Notes under the pieces: generated by a model
What the model was told of the DNA's origin: nothing
Databases searched by the model: none
The model's input: the letters and a program-made list of their open reading frames with translations, nothing else
Part shown: piece by piece, positions 52,601 to 60,451 of the stretch
Position numbering within the stretch: position 1 is the first letter of the stretch
Layout: the number at the start of each line of letters is the position of its first letter
DNA from: an uncultured delta proteobacterium
GTDB lineage: Bacteria > Bdellovibrionota > FAC87 > UBA2466
Direction: 5' to 3'
NCBI GenBank assembly: GCA_963778115.1
Contig: CAVZSV010000004.1
Span: 2,208,001 to 2,272,000, forward strand
DNA length: 64,000 nt
Made by a program: the position numbers and the translations under genes

Positions 52601-53308
52601 TTCGACGAAAAGATTCCGTACTTGCCATTAGCGATGATCTATTGGGATATCGAGGATGAAAAAGCCCACCCGCAAAGCCTGAGTTCCTACGGAATTCTGA
52701 ATCTTCATTTACGAGAATATCTCAAATCTAGAAATTACGAAAATCAGGACCGGCTAAACCAATCTCTTCGTGATTGCTACCTATTAGGCTATCGTGTGCC
52801 TATGGATTTAGCCGCAGATTATGAAGATTACGCCAAGTGGATTCATTCGAACGACTTTTTTGAGATACGAGCCTATACCTATTTTCTAGCCGAACGAGGT
52901 CTTACGAATGCGTTATACGCCTGGTTCTTAAAACATCCGACTGAAGAGGTGGCCCTATTGCTTTTTCAAAGCGGGGATGCAGGTAGATTCTTATGCCTTA
53001 GGGCACTCCAAAGCGGTAACAAAGATCTAATGCTCCCTATGATTCGGGGAATGCGAGCAGGACATCCCAAGCCTGAACTCTTCTATAAGTATATAAGGGA
53101 TTCCAATCCAAACGTTCGCGCATCAGCCCTTTACGCAATTCTTAGGTATGTAACTTTAAAAAATTAGAATAATGCATTTGCTTGTTCCCAATCGCTCAAT
53201 AACGAGGGGGTGGACCAAGCGACGGAGCTATGCTAACTAACCTGAGTCATTCGTCTTTCTTCAAAAAGGGCGGTTAGCTCAGTTGGATAGAGCGCAAGCC
53301 TCCGAAGC
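49641..53308. mobile_element. Non-autonomous integrative cassette B (single HEAT gene) between 41-bp tRNA-Arg 5'-half repeats
   Basis: att repeats at 49641..49681 and 53268..53308. Left arm has TGTTCCCA x2 (49800, 49811); right arm has TGTTCCCA (53183) and a promoter. Confidence 0.85.
49976..53167 (+). CDS. HEAT-repeat lipoprotein (~1060 aa)
   Basis: GTG start with gagg RBS, lipobox LAAGC, repeats such as LRRAAIRALAHI, VRGASLAEL, LDDEDPGVAILALRAL, DSNPNVRASALYAI. Confidence 0.82.
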   Translation: MKRFHVVVWFSFLAAGCSQDARLSDGQIPTPNESKEHHLPDVVRPVPEVLQTESTETGLSAAGQAEYETRENQLAEPSAEGWKESIQRYLVDRTDVAARTARVGVIILGSSESIPPETLVQIIQAKFTPFGNGPQRPFQNLRRAAIRALAHIDRNHPVLTETASNPIENFRVRGASLAELAADPTLKHNDLISHILRDPNEHFVMRMRAAFLLINQKKTPSLDLVLNYIQAESVDEVGRSVAAFALGFCGDSRCDRSLLRTVADRSVPTVVRCFAAYSYHRRPMNETTFELLSKILVDESESIDLREQIALSFLHSRTPLALPILNLMKGRNDRVGAAARGEVFSEWRSKNSEGSNDGVASLSETERAQLRNEMLLTLNNSNNNSDATTAVSVLVKAGLIRPADGPLLLDSKYAGWMASVTDDGLNSTVENPMIDALVVAEQSAKPKLIELLASLRGPRLSLAVDTLLKMGSLPTIAETKLRALIIEPQLPWYQRRAVIQLVEKLEGFPSQDTLRLLRDRLDDEDPGVAILALRALVDFKQLTVEEGANQGFRIAKAALARDPKELDYSDEVLQATQFTTHDQSVELLNSLAKTGSLRGRVKAVRQLNSLGGLREELFHQVRTAFDEYVRDSKGPTAGLTDAIDVLKTDIFPLSRLGAAQIVRRLRDKSWEETESALTGITVSSDNASILSDLILRHPSEALPYLKRLLAYDEHEFHQAPKVLLAICALSKMENPPRIVSVPRLEGLLERGYESNGIYTEALGPVYALLKKYGLDPLASLVRAFRDPMNLYERTEAMSFLGTLGREASSIAVDIRALLEKYQPNVDRNQLEIEWLLAASSAKTLSKVDPKMFAEEFPALERKLLEDDHVDNFLSYFDEKIPYLPLAMIYWDIEDEKAHPQSLSSYGILNLHLREYLKSRNYENQDRLNQSLRDCYLLGYRVPMDLAADYEDYAKWIHSNDFFEIRAYTYFLAERGLTNALYAWFLKHPTEEVALLLFQSGDAGRFLCLRALQSGNKDLMLPMIRGMRAGHPKPELFYKYIRDSNPNVRASALYAILRYVTLKN

Positions 53309-53448
53309 AATTCCTAGAAAAACTCAGAGATCCTAATTTACGCTCAAACACTTAACGAATCACCGACTTGTGATGACCCGCGTCTTCTGGTTTCTCCCAA
53401 TTGAAACCGACTGCTTTGAGTTGGTATGTTCCCAAAGTGTTCCCATCC

Positions 53449-53871
53449 TTAGGAAGTGAGACGTTTGTATGTTTCATCGTAGGTATCGCCCCACGGAAGT
53501 AATGGGGTATCTAGTATGGCCCCATGTTTAGTATCCGCATCCCTAAAAAGTTGAGTCCGTTCTCCGGAACTATCGGCCACAGTTTTGCCGCCGGTTAGAC
53601 CGATTTTTGCTCCCTTTCTAACGAGCGGGGTAAGAGTCTCTCCGATAATGAGTGCAATTCCTTCCGTATCCCAAAACTCGAAAACAGAAAGATCTAAAAT
53701 AACTACTTTACCATTCGTACACCGCGCACGAATCTCGCTCTGAAAGGTTTCTAATTTTGTTTTTTGAGGACCGACCGTGCTCCGATCTATGATGCCTTTG
53801 AATAAAGCGGAATCAACCGTCGGTGACTTATTTCCCCATTCATAATCAAAATCCAATTTCAAATTACTCAT
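53449..53871 (-). CDS. STAS-domain protein (anti-anti-sigma/RsbV-like)
   Basis: VVILDLSVFEFWDTEGIALI matches the STAS motif vvlDls.v.fiDSsG, with Thr at the phosphoacceptor position. Confidence 0.7.
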   Translation of the reverse strand: MSNLKLDFDYEWGNKSPTVDSALFKGIIDRSTVGPQKTKLETFQSEIRARCTNGKVVILDLSVFEFWDTEGIALIIGETLTPLVRKGAKIGLTGGKTVADSSGERTQLFRDADTKHGAILDTPLLPWGDTYDETYKRLTS

Positions 53872-54290
53872 GGCAACACCTCACTATTTTCGAACTCGAT
53901 TTCAAATTTAATTCCATCCTGCTGCCCAGTACCAAAAAACGTCGCTGCTGTGGCCTTTAAGACACCTAAACCGTCCTTAATGGTCGCAACATTAGCGGCT
54001 TGATCGTAGGGAACTCCGTCGTGACACATGACGAACTCCAAAATGGTGCCCGATTTCCAGTTAAGTTCAAACCACACGCGCTGAGCTTTCGTTTTCTTGT
54101 CCTTGTCGTATAGATTTCCCAAGTATTCGGAGGCGACTTTTCTCACTTGGCGCCATTTTTCTTTGGCTCGCGGCTTAGACATATCTACGCGTAAGAACTC
54201 GCTGTTAACCTGACCGAGAACATTCGCAAAAAGAGGTGCCTTTTCAACGAGCTCCTCAAAAGGCGAATCCTTACGAATCTCATATTCCAT
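53868..54290 (-). CDS. Divergent RsbW/SpoIIAB-like GHKL (HATPase) protein
   Basis: VASEYLGNL (N box), HDGVPYD (G1-like), DGLGVL (G2), GIKFEIEF. Lies between the PP2C and STAS genes. Confidence 0.6.
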   Translation of the reverse strand: MEYEIRKDSPFEELVEKAPLFANVLGQVNSEFLRVDMSKPRAKEKWRQVRKVASEYLGNLYDKDKKTKAQRVWFELNWKSGTILEFVMCHDGVPYDQAANVATIKDGLGVLKATAATFFGTGQQDGIKFEIEFENSEVLP

Positions 54291-54292
54291 TG

Positions 54293-55261
54293 CTATCTCC
54301 CCATTCCATCTTGGCTACGTGAAATTACAAACAGAGTGGCATCGTCGAGAGCGCTTCGCTCCAGATTAGGCTTTCTTGCTTGCGGAGACGAAGCCGAAAG
54401 GACTGCTCGAATCATAACTGTTGCTTTCCCCGCATGAAAATCTGCCGCTTCTGTAAATAAACGTGCGGCTCCGGAAGAGTCCAATCCTTTTTTTTCTTTG
54501 AGCCACCCTAAGAAACCGTCTGTAAAGAGAAACACTGAATCGCCAGGGCCCAAATCTAAACGAGACACGAACTTAGAAGAAATCTCGGATTGTAAGAACC
54601 GATCGGCGGAATTAATTTCCAGAGGCTCCAGCCGCTTGGTACGTTTGCGAAATACAAGAGGATTTGGGAGACCAAACGCGGCTATTTCGAAAGAAGCCGT
54701 TCTTGAAGACAGGCAAGCGACTGCCAGGCTAGGAGGAGCAAGCCTGCGAATTCGAACCGCATTGAGTGCGGTGGCTAGGGGCCCAAGGAATCTAAGAGGT
54801 GTGTTTGAATATCGTGTGAGACCGCTTGCAATAGCGTGAAAACCAAATCTTATTTGTGCCGACTGCCAACTGGCCCGAACTCCTGCCCCAACTACGTCAG
54901 TCAACAAGAAGGCATAGGTTGTGCTGTCAATTTTAGAAAAATCGAATACGTCCCCACTTTCTCTTTCGCTTGATAGTCCCGTCCATGCCCACGCAATCGC
55001 GCCCGCGTGGCTTGAACTGATTCGTGGTTCGTTCTGCTCATTTCGTTTCGACCTTAATGCGACCGATTCCGATATTCTTACGGGACTAAATTTTTCACGT
55101 AAGTATCTCTCTGCGCGTTCGATGAATTCCGGGCCTTTTTTTTCGCCGGACTCGATTACCGAGACGTATGCTTGTGAAACATCAAGGGCAATTGCAAGCG
55201 CACGCTGGGTCACGCCAACGGCTTCTCGCAGTTCCTTTAATTTTTCTGGGCTTAGGGCCAC
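54293..55261 (-). CDS. XRE-family HTH fused to a SpoIIE/RsbU-type PP2C phosphatase
   Basis: LKELREAVGVTQRALAIALDVSQAYVSVIESG, followed by SGDVFD, LTDVVGAG, PGDSVFLFTDG and DDATL. Confidence 0.85.
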   Translation of the reverse strand: MALSPEKLKELREAVGVTQRALAIALDVSQAYVSVIESGEKKGPEFIERAERYLREKFSPVRISESVALRSKRNEQNEPRISSSHAGAIAWAWTGLSSERESGDVFDFSKIDSTTYAFLLTDVVGAGVRASWQSAQIRFGFHAIASGLTRYSNTPLRFLGPLATALNAVRIRRLAPPSLAVACLSSRTASFEIAAFGLPNPLVFRKRTKRLEPLEINSADRFLQSEISSKFVSRLDLGPGDSVFLFTDGFLGWLKEKKGLDSSGAARLFTEAADFHAGKATVMIRAVLSASSPQARKPNLERSALDDATLFVISRSQDGMGR

Positions 55262-55572
55262 TTTGTTTACCTCCGACGCTAGTGATAATAACCACTAATT
55301 TCTAAAAATCAAGCCGGTTGATTACAGGGCTGAGTAACAAATTCTTTTAATATCATATAGTTAATATTTAGTTATCATTTTACGCTAAAAATACCCTTAA
55401 TAACCAAAACTATTTATCGGAATTATTACCAATAAGCGTGATAAAATTCGCATCCATTCGGAAAGCTGTACCTATATTACGGTATTACCCAGACGGATTG
55501 CCCAGAAGCTCTTGACGGCCATTCGGGAGCTGGCAGTCACAGGGCTCCGCTGTGTGTAATCAAAGTCTTTAC

Positions 55573-56262
55573 TCATTGGCGTATTTCATTGCATTTATCG
55601 ACTAAAGCTCCGACGGTCAGAGCCCATTCCGACACATATCTATGAGTTTGGCCCCAGTCTCCTAATTTTAGCTGTTCGACTATTTCAGAAAATTTAACTC
55701 TGCCGTCCGTTAGCTTCGCTTCTGAAAAACCAATTGCACAAAGAGACTCGATATTTCTCTCGGCGTCTTTTCTTAATTTTCCGGCCGCATGTGCATCGGC
55801 CCATTCGGAAGAGTGCCGAACATAGTTTCCGCCTGCGATGATAGCTTTCGCCCAAGTGGTTTTCCGAAATGTCGGCTTACAACTCCAAATTACTTCCTGA
55901 CTCAGGTCAGAAATAGCCATAGCGGCGTTAGCTACAATACGGAGAATATTGGATGCGCCTATGAGTACTGCCGTAGCAAGCCCATCGACAGCGGCTTGAT
56001 GGGCAACAGATTGATACATCAGATCCATAGCCTTTGACGTACCGCACGGATACTCAAAACGCTTTAGTCCAGGGAATGCATCGTCACTAACCCATCTGCC
56101 ACGAGACTTCATCACTGTTTCCTTCCTATTTGCGAGATTAAGGAGTCTCATTTCTTTTGAAAGCAATTGATAGATCGGTGCGATCGCAGAGAGAAGTGGA
56201 TTATCTGGGGTTTGATCATCAAGCATGTGACATAAATATTGGAAGGATTCCTGCTCGGTCAT
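55573..56262 (-). CDS. Hypothetical cargo protein
   Basis: 229-aa ORF inside element A. No family recognised. Confidence 0.65.
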   Translation of the reverse strand: MTEQESFQYLCHMLDDQTPDNPLLSAIAPIYQLLSKEMRLLNLANRKETVMKSRGRWVSDDAFPGLKRFEYPCGTSKAMDLMYQSVAHQAAVDGLATAVLIGASNILRIVANAAMAISDLSQEVIWSCKPTFRKTTWAKAIIAGGNYVRHSSEWADAHAAGKLRKDAERNIESLCAIGFSEAKLTDGRVKFSEIVEQLKLGDWGQTHRYVSEWALTVGALVDKCNEIRQ

Positions 56263-56337
56263 AGAATTCCATGGCTATAGCGTGAGTTCGATGTACCAGA
56301 GGAGAAACTATTTCTAAAGTAGATTAAGATATGTCTT

Positions 56338-56664
56338 ATGGGTCGACCTACAGGGATCGCAAAAACCGGGGGCAGAAAAAAAGGGACACCCAATCGCGCA
56401 TCAGTAGCCCTCAGTGAAACGATTTCGGACTGTTTGGGAAAAACTATTCCCGAGGCCATCCTGGAAAGGTTAAATCGAATAACACCAAGCGAGCAGGTTC
56501 GAACTCTCATGGGGTTAATGGAATACGTATACCCAAAACGGCGTGCAACTGACCATCAAGAGCTACCTCGCCAAGAGGAAAAGGCGAATATCCATTTAGT
56601 TCCCGACAGAGACCTAATTGAGCGCTTCCAGCAGCTCACCGATAAGATGGAGGGCCGTCAATAG
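56338..56664 (+). CDS. Phage-related small protein (terminase small subunit-like N-terminus)
   Basis: MGRPTGIAKTGGRKKGTPN motif and MEYVYPKRRA. Confidence 0.6.
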   Translation: MGRPTGIAKTGGRKKGTPNRASVALSETISDCLGKTIPEAILERLNRITPSEQVRTLMGLMEYVYPKRRATDHQELPRQEEKANIHLVPDRDLIERFQQLTDKMEGRQ

Positions 56665-56729
56665 CCCCAAATAGGGCGGCACCTTTTTGAGATTATTTCC
56701 AACCCGCTGGACACTTCTCAGGTTCAAAT

Positions 56730-57524
56730 TTGTGCTTCGTCACCCTCCGGATGGAGGAAAAAAGGCTCTCAAAACAGACTCAGAGGCACGCTTACAATCT
56801 CCTGCGAAAAATGTTCCGTGACGCGGCAGAAGATCATCTCCTCTTGAACTACTCACCTGTGTTGCGCAAAGCGCGTCCCAAGGTACCCATCAAAGAAAGC
56901 CGCTACCTTTCGATCTCTCAGGCAAGAGAACTACTTCAAGACGTGACCGGGATGTACGGCATTGCAATCTGGCTTCAATTTTTCCTAGGTCTTCGAGCTG
57001 GGGAAGTTCAAGCACTCCGATGGGAGGATGTGGATCTGACAACGGGTGTTCTGCATGTACGTCGAACCTACGCCCGACTGGAGAAGGTCTTCCGCGATCA
57101 TCCCAAGGGCAGAAAACAGTTCGCGCATAAGATTCCTTTGGAACTCCTAGTTCGATTGAAAGATCTCCGAGAAAGTTCGCAGGGAGAGCTAGTAGTAGTT
57201 CCCGAAGGATATCAAATGCTCGAATACTCGAAGTACAGGAAAGTCCTAGTCCACCATTGCAAGGCTCTGGGAATCCCGGCCATTGCAACCCACGGTCTCC
57301 GACATTCGACCTCTGAGCTGTACATGCAGCACGGAGCTACTAGTGAGGACGTAATGGCACTCCTGGGACAGAAGGAGGTAAAAACGACTCAGAGATACAT
57401 TCATAATCGCGGTTCTCGGCTAGAGGGCTTGGCAGAGATCGTTCGGCTTTTCCCCGAAGGTTCCCAAAATGTTCCCAAATCCCTTTCTAATGAAGGGGTA
57501 GACCCAAGGCAGGAGTCATGCTAA
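56730..57524 (+). CDS. Tyrosine integrase, apparently N-terminally truncated
   Basis: GLRAGEVQALRWEDVD (R), HPKG (K), HGLRHS (HxxR), LLGQ...TTQRYIH (Y). Points toward tRNA-Arg. Confidence 0.9.
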   Translation: MCFVTLRMEEKRLSKQTQRHAYNLLRKMFRDAAEDHLLLNYSPVLRKARPKVPIKESRYLSISQARELLQDVTGMYGIAIWLQFFLGLRAGEVQALRWEDVDLTTGVLHVRRTYARLEKVFRDHPKGRKQFAHKIPLELLVRLKDLRESSQGELVVVPEGYQMLEYSKYRKVLVHHCKALGIPAIATHGLRHSTSELYMQHGATSEDVMALLGQKEVKTTQRYIHNRGSRLEGLAEIVRLFPEGSQNVPKSLSNEGVDPRQESC

Positions 57525-57527
57525 CTA
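57499..57527 (+). promoter_or_regulatory. Element-borne putative sigma70 promoter for tRNA-Arg (copies at 49475..49503 and 53211..53239)
   Basis: TAGACC/TGGACC-N17-TAACTA in all three right arms, with the same architecture as the tRNA-Lys and tRNA-Cys promoters in this window. Confidence 0.6.
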
Positions 57528-57555
57528 TCCAACGTTATTCGCCTTTCGAATAAAA

Positions 57556-57664
57556 GGGCGGTTAGCTCAGTTGGCCCCAGGGAGCGACAGCGACCGGAGA
57601 TGATGGCCGCAATTGCGCATCTGGCGAGCGGCAGCAACGATATCGAAGGCGAAGTATTTTAAAC
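57556..57664 (+). repeat. 109-bp mini-insertion duplicating the first 19 nt of tRNA-Arg (second copy 49532..49640)
   Basis: gggcggttagctcagttgg followed by ccccagggagcgacagcgaccgg...gaaggcgaagtattttaaa, then the tRNA. Confidence 0.85.
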
Positions 57665-57738
57665 GGGCGGTTAGCTCAGTTGGATAGAGCGCAAGCCTCC
57701 GAAGCTTGAGGTCGCAGGTTCGATCCCTGCACCGCCCA
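57665..57738 (+). tRNA. tRNA-Arg(CCG)
   Basis: GGGCGGT...ACCGCCCA cloverleaf, anticodon arm caagc-ctCCGaa-gcttg, T-arm gcagg-TTCGATC-cctgc. Confidence 0.96.
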
Positions 57739-57859
57739 AGATTTCGCCTGCCGGCAAAATCTAGAAAATCGAGATGAGTAAATCGAAAATCGGGGAAAAA
57801 TTTGGGACGGATTAACAGGGGCGAAATCTTGCCTCTATTTTCCATTTTCGATTCTCGAT

Positions 57860-58813
57860 CTACGCCCCGATCTCATACTCGACCGGTATTCCCAGGCTTT
57901 CCCAGTAGGCCTCTCTCGAGCGAAGGATATTAAGGCTTTCGTTCGTTTGTTCGAGCTGAATGGCTTTTGCGGGGACTCGGACGCCGAGCTTTCTAAGTCG
58001 GATAATCGCTTGCTTGAATAGGGCAGGAGGTATTTTGTAATGGCCGCTCTTATTGTTGATAAGAATGAGTTTCCCGTTTCGAACCTCTATCTCGCCGGCA
58101 AATGCAATGGGAGCTCCCATCGAGAGGCTTGAGTGTCTGAGATCTTCATCGTCCCCATCCAGAGGAAGGGCGTAGAAATTGCCGTTGGCATCCATGATAA
58201 TGTTCGCACGGTGGTTCTTCTTAATTAACCTAACCACCTGATGGATAAGTCCCCAACGATAGCGCGTGTCGGAATTCGAAGTATCAAACAGGGTTTCTTC
58301 ATCGGCCAGGTAAAGCAGACCGTTTTTTATCATTAGACGAAATCTTTCCACGGAATGGATTCCCAGATATTCGATAGGGGAGCTTCTGCGCCTTCTATCA
58401 TCTTCCGCGACCCGCTCTAGCTCCATGGGAAGTAAGTAATTACCGTTAAGGAGCAAGGCAATGCGGTTCCATTTGCGGACATAATTCTCTTGGGCACGAT
58501 GGAATTGGCGAATCTCGTCCCGGAAATCGTGGTTTCCCGCAATCGCCTGGCGCATGATCTCTTCGGCTATCTTGATTGATTGCAATTCCTCCTGAAGCTC
58601 GCTGGAGAAAGCCTCCGGGCTTGCGGCAAGATCCCGAATGACTACCGAGCATACGCTGTAGGAGCTTACCCTTTCGAGGGTTGATACTCGCTCATAGGCC
58701 GAAGAAGCCTGTGAGAGAAATAAAGCCATCACCAAAAACAGAGCGATCCTCTGTCTAAGGTATTGTTTGGACTCAAATTTAAAGCGCGAAAGGTCCATAG
58801 TCTGTTTAGTCAT
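57860..58813 (-). CDS. Secreted protein with HSS...AGEI...NxSGHY domain (IQM-like / effector-like)
   Basis: LRHSSLSMGAPIAFAGEIEVRNGKLILINNKSGHYK and a signal peptide. Confidence 0.65.
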   Translation of the reverse strand: MTKQTMDLSRFKFESKQYLRQRIALFLVMALFLSQASSAYERVSTLERVSSYSVCSVVIRDLAASPEAFSSELQEELQSIKIAEEIMRQAIAGNHDFRDEIRQFHRAQENYVRKWNRIALLLNGNYLLPMELERVAEDDRRRRSSPIEYLGIHSVERFRLMIKNGLLYLADEETLFDTSNSDTRYRWGLIHQVVRLIKKNHRANIIMDANGNFYALPLDGDDEDLRHSSLSMGAPIAFAGEIEVRNGKLILINNKSGHYKIPPALFKQAIIRLRKLGVRVPAKAIQLEQTNESLNILRSREAYWESLGIPVEYEIGA

Positions 58814-58892
58814 TTCCGAATTCGTCGGTATCGGAATTTAAAGAAAGTCGGCCCCAACCTCTGTTAATCTTCCCGGGGCAGCTTTACTCTTA

Positions 58893-59666
58893 GTGATGAG
58901 GATCAATATGACGCAATTAGTCGAAGGTGGCCAACACTTTTTTGTATGGTTTCTAGTTTCACACCTAACTTTTGCGGCTTACGCAGACGTTATTTCTGGC
59001 CCTGATTATGGGCGGGTGGTGGATAACGGCCCTCAAATCGTGAGTGCGGGACTTATTTCCAAGGATGGTTATAGCAAGTTGTGTGGGCCGGTCTCCTTCG
59101 AGAATGTACTTATCAAGTTCCGAAAAGAATTGGGAATTTCGCCCTCTGACCCGCTAACCGACATCCAGAATCTTATCTCCCTCTATCCCGCCGTCGTTGA
59201 ACATGGGATTTTACGAAGTGATTTTAAAGCGCTCATCGAAAAGTACTCGTACTTAGCTTTGTCCCGCGCTGTCGGAGTAGAAATTCACGTGATTGGAGCC
59301 GTTAATTTCGATTTGGAGCAACTAAAAAACATGGTCGATGGCCATCAAGCCGTCATTTTGCAAATCTGGTGGTGGCGGGACGAGGCCTTCGTGTCTACCA
59401 ATCCCTGGAGTGTGTCTCCGGAAAACGGACACTGGGTGACGGTGATCGGGTACGATTCGAAAGCGTCTGGAAGATTTCTCATCCAAGATCCGATGCATGC
59501 GACGCCACTTTTTATCAATCTAAGTGCCGGTTATCCCGCCCAGACAAATGATGGGAAGAGAATCTATTCGAATGAGATCGTTCGTTACGAGAGTTTTCCA
59601 CCCTACTTGAATCCAAAAGGGCATACAGCACTCGTGGGAGATTATCTGTCTCTTCAACTTGAATAA
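58893..59666 (+). CDS. Papain-like cysteine peptidase (C39-like)
   Basis: LCGPVS, GHWVTVIGYD and IQDP give a Cys-His-Asp triad. Confidence 0.72.
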   Translation: MMRINMTQLVEGGQHFFVWFLVSHLTFAAYADVISGPDYGRVVDNGPQIVSAGLISKDGYSKLCGPVSFENVLIKFRKELGISPSDPLTDIQNLISLYPAVVEHGILRSDFKALIEKYSYLALSRAVGVEIHVIGAVNFDLEQLKNMVDGHQAVILQIWWWRDEAFVSTNPWSVSPENGHWVTVIGYDSKASGRFLIQDPMHATPLFINLSAGYPAQTNDGKRIYSNEIVRYESFPPYLNPKGHTALVGDYLSLQLE

Positions 59667-59673
59667 TTGGCAC

Positions 59674-60426
59674 CTAGCGGCAGCGGATATCTTCTTCGAA
59701 ATATTTCTGGCTAAGGCGAGCGAAACTTCCGTTGGTCATTAATTGAGTCAGAGAAGCGTTGAGAGCCGTCTGGAGAGGCTCGTTTCCTTTAGAAACCACC
59801 ATTGCATTTCTCTGGGGAAATAAGATTTCGCCTAATTGAGCGTCTTTATGGCCTCTACTCTTGACCGCCTGGAGCGCCACAAACCTTTCGGTGACCCAAG
59901 CGTCCGCTTTATGATTGAGAAGATTTTGAAAACCGGCATTCTCATTGGGCAGCGTGCGCAGCTCTTTGATGCTCTTATCTTTCTTAAGGTAGTCAAAGTA
60001 GACGGTGCCCACGGGAACCACGACAATTTTTCCCGCTAAATCCTTTTGCGTGCGAGGGCCGCCTTTGAGAGAGACGATGACGGCCCCGGTACAATAGTGG
60101 GGGGCTAGAAAGCTCACCACTTTTTCCCGCTCGGGCGTTATGGCGTGTGAAGTTGCAATCAGATCAAACCGATCGCCCTTGAGTCCTACCAGTAGCGAAT
60201 TAAAGGGTTGTACTACCCATTCTACTTTCAAACCCAATGCCATCGCCATTTCAGTCGCAAGGTCGACTTCGAATCCGGTTAGTTTCTTACCCACAAAATA
60301 ATTAAAGCCGGGAGTTTCGCCGTCGACAGCGATCTTAAGCACGCCCGATTTTTTTATGTCATCCAGAGAACGACCGAATCCGAGGAAACAGAGAGCAAAA
60401 GAGACCACAAAAAGAAATAACTTCAT
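59674..60426 (-). CDS. Amino-acid ABC transporter substrate-binding protein (family 3)
   Basis: LDDIKKSGVLKIA, GFEVDLA, ITPEREKVVSF. No permease nearby. Confidence 0.9.
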   Translation of the reverse strand: MKLFLFVVSFALCFLGFGRSLDDIKKSGVLKIAVDGETPGFNYFVGKKLTGFEVDLATEMAMALGLKVEWVVQPFNSLLVGLKGDRFDLIATSHAITPEREKVVSFLAPHYCTGAVIVSLKGGPRTQKDLAGKIVVVPVGTVYFDYLKKDKSIKELRTLPNENAGFQNLLNHKADAWVTERFVALQAVKSRGHKDAQLGEILFPQRNAMVVSKGNEPLQTALNASLTQLMTNGSFARLSQKYFEEDIRCR

Positions 60427-60451
60427 GGACGGGAATTACTCCCAATCCGTC

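Larger units (their letters stand above)
53268..57705. mobile_element. Integrative element A (integrase and partner-switching cargo) at tRNA-Arg(CCG)
   Basis: 41-bp direct repeats 53268..53308 and 57665..57705, arm repeats at 53427/53438 and 57459/57470, tyrosine integrase next to the tRNA. Confidence 0.9.

Noticed and set aside
49532..57705. CRISPR-like repeat-spacer interpretation of the recurring gggcggttagctcagttgg
   Set aside because: The repeats are tRNA-derived, the spacing is 109 bp or several kb, and there are no cas genes.
53268..57705. Intact prophage
   Set aside because: It is only 4.4 kb, with no capsid, portal, large terminase, tail or replication genes.
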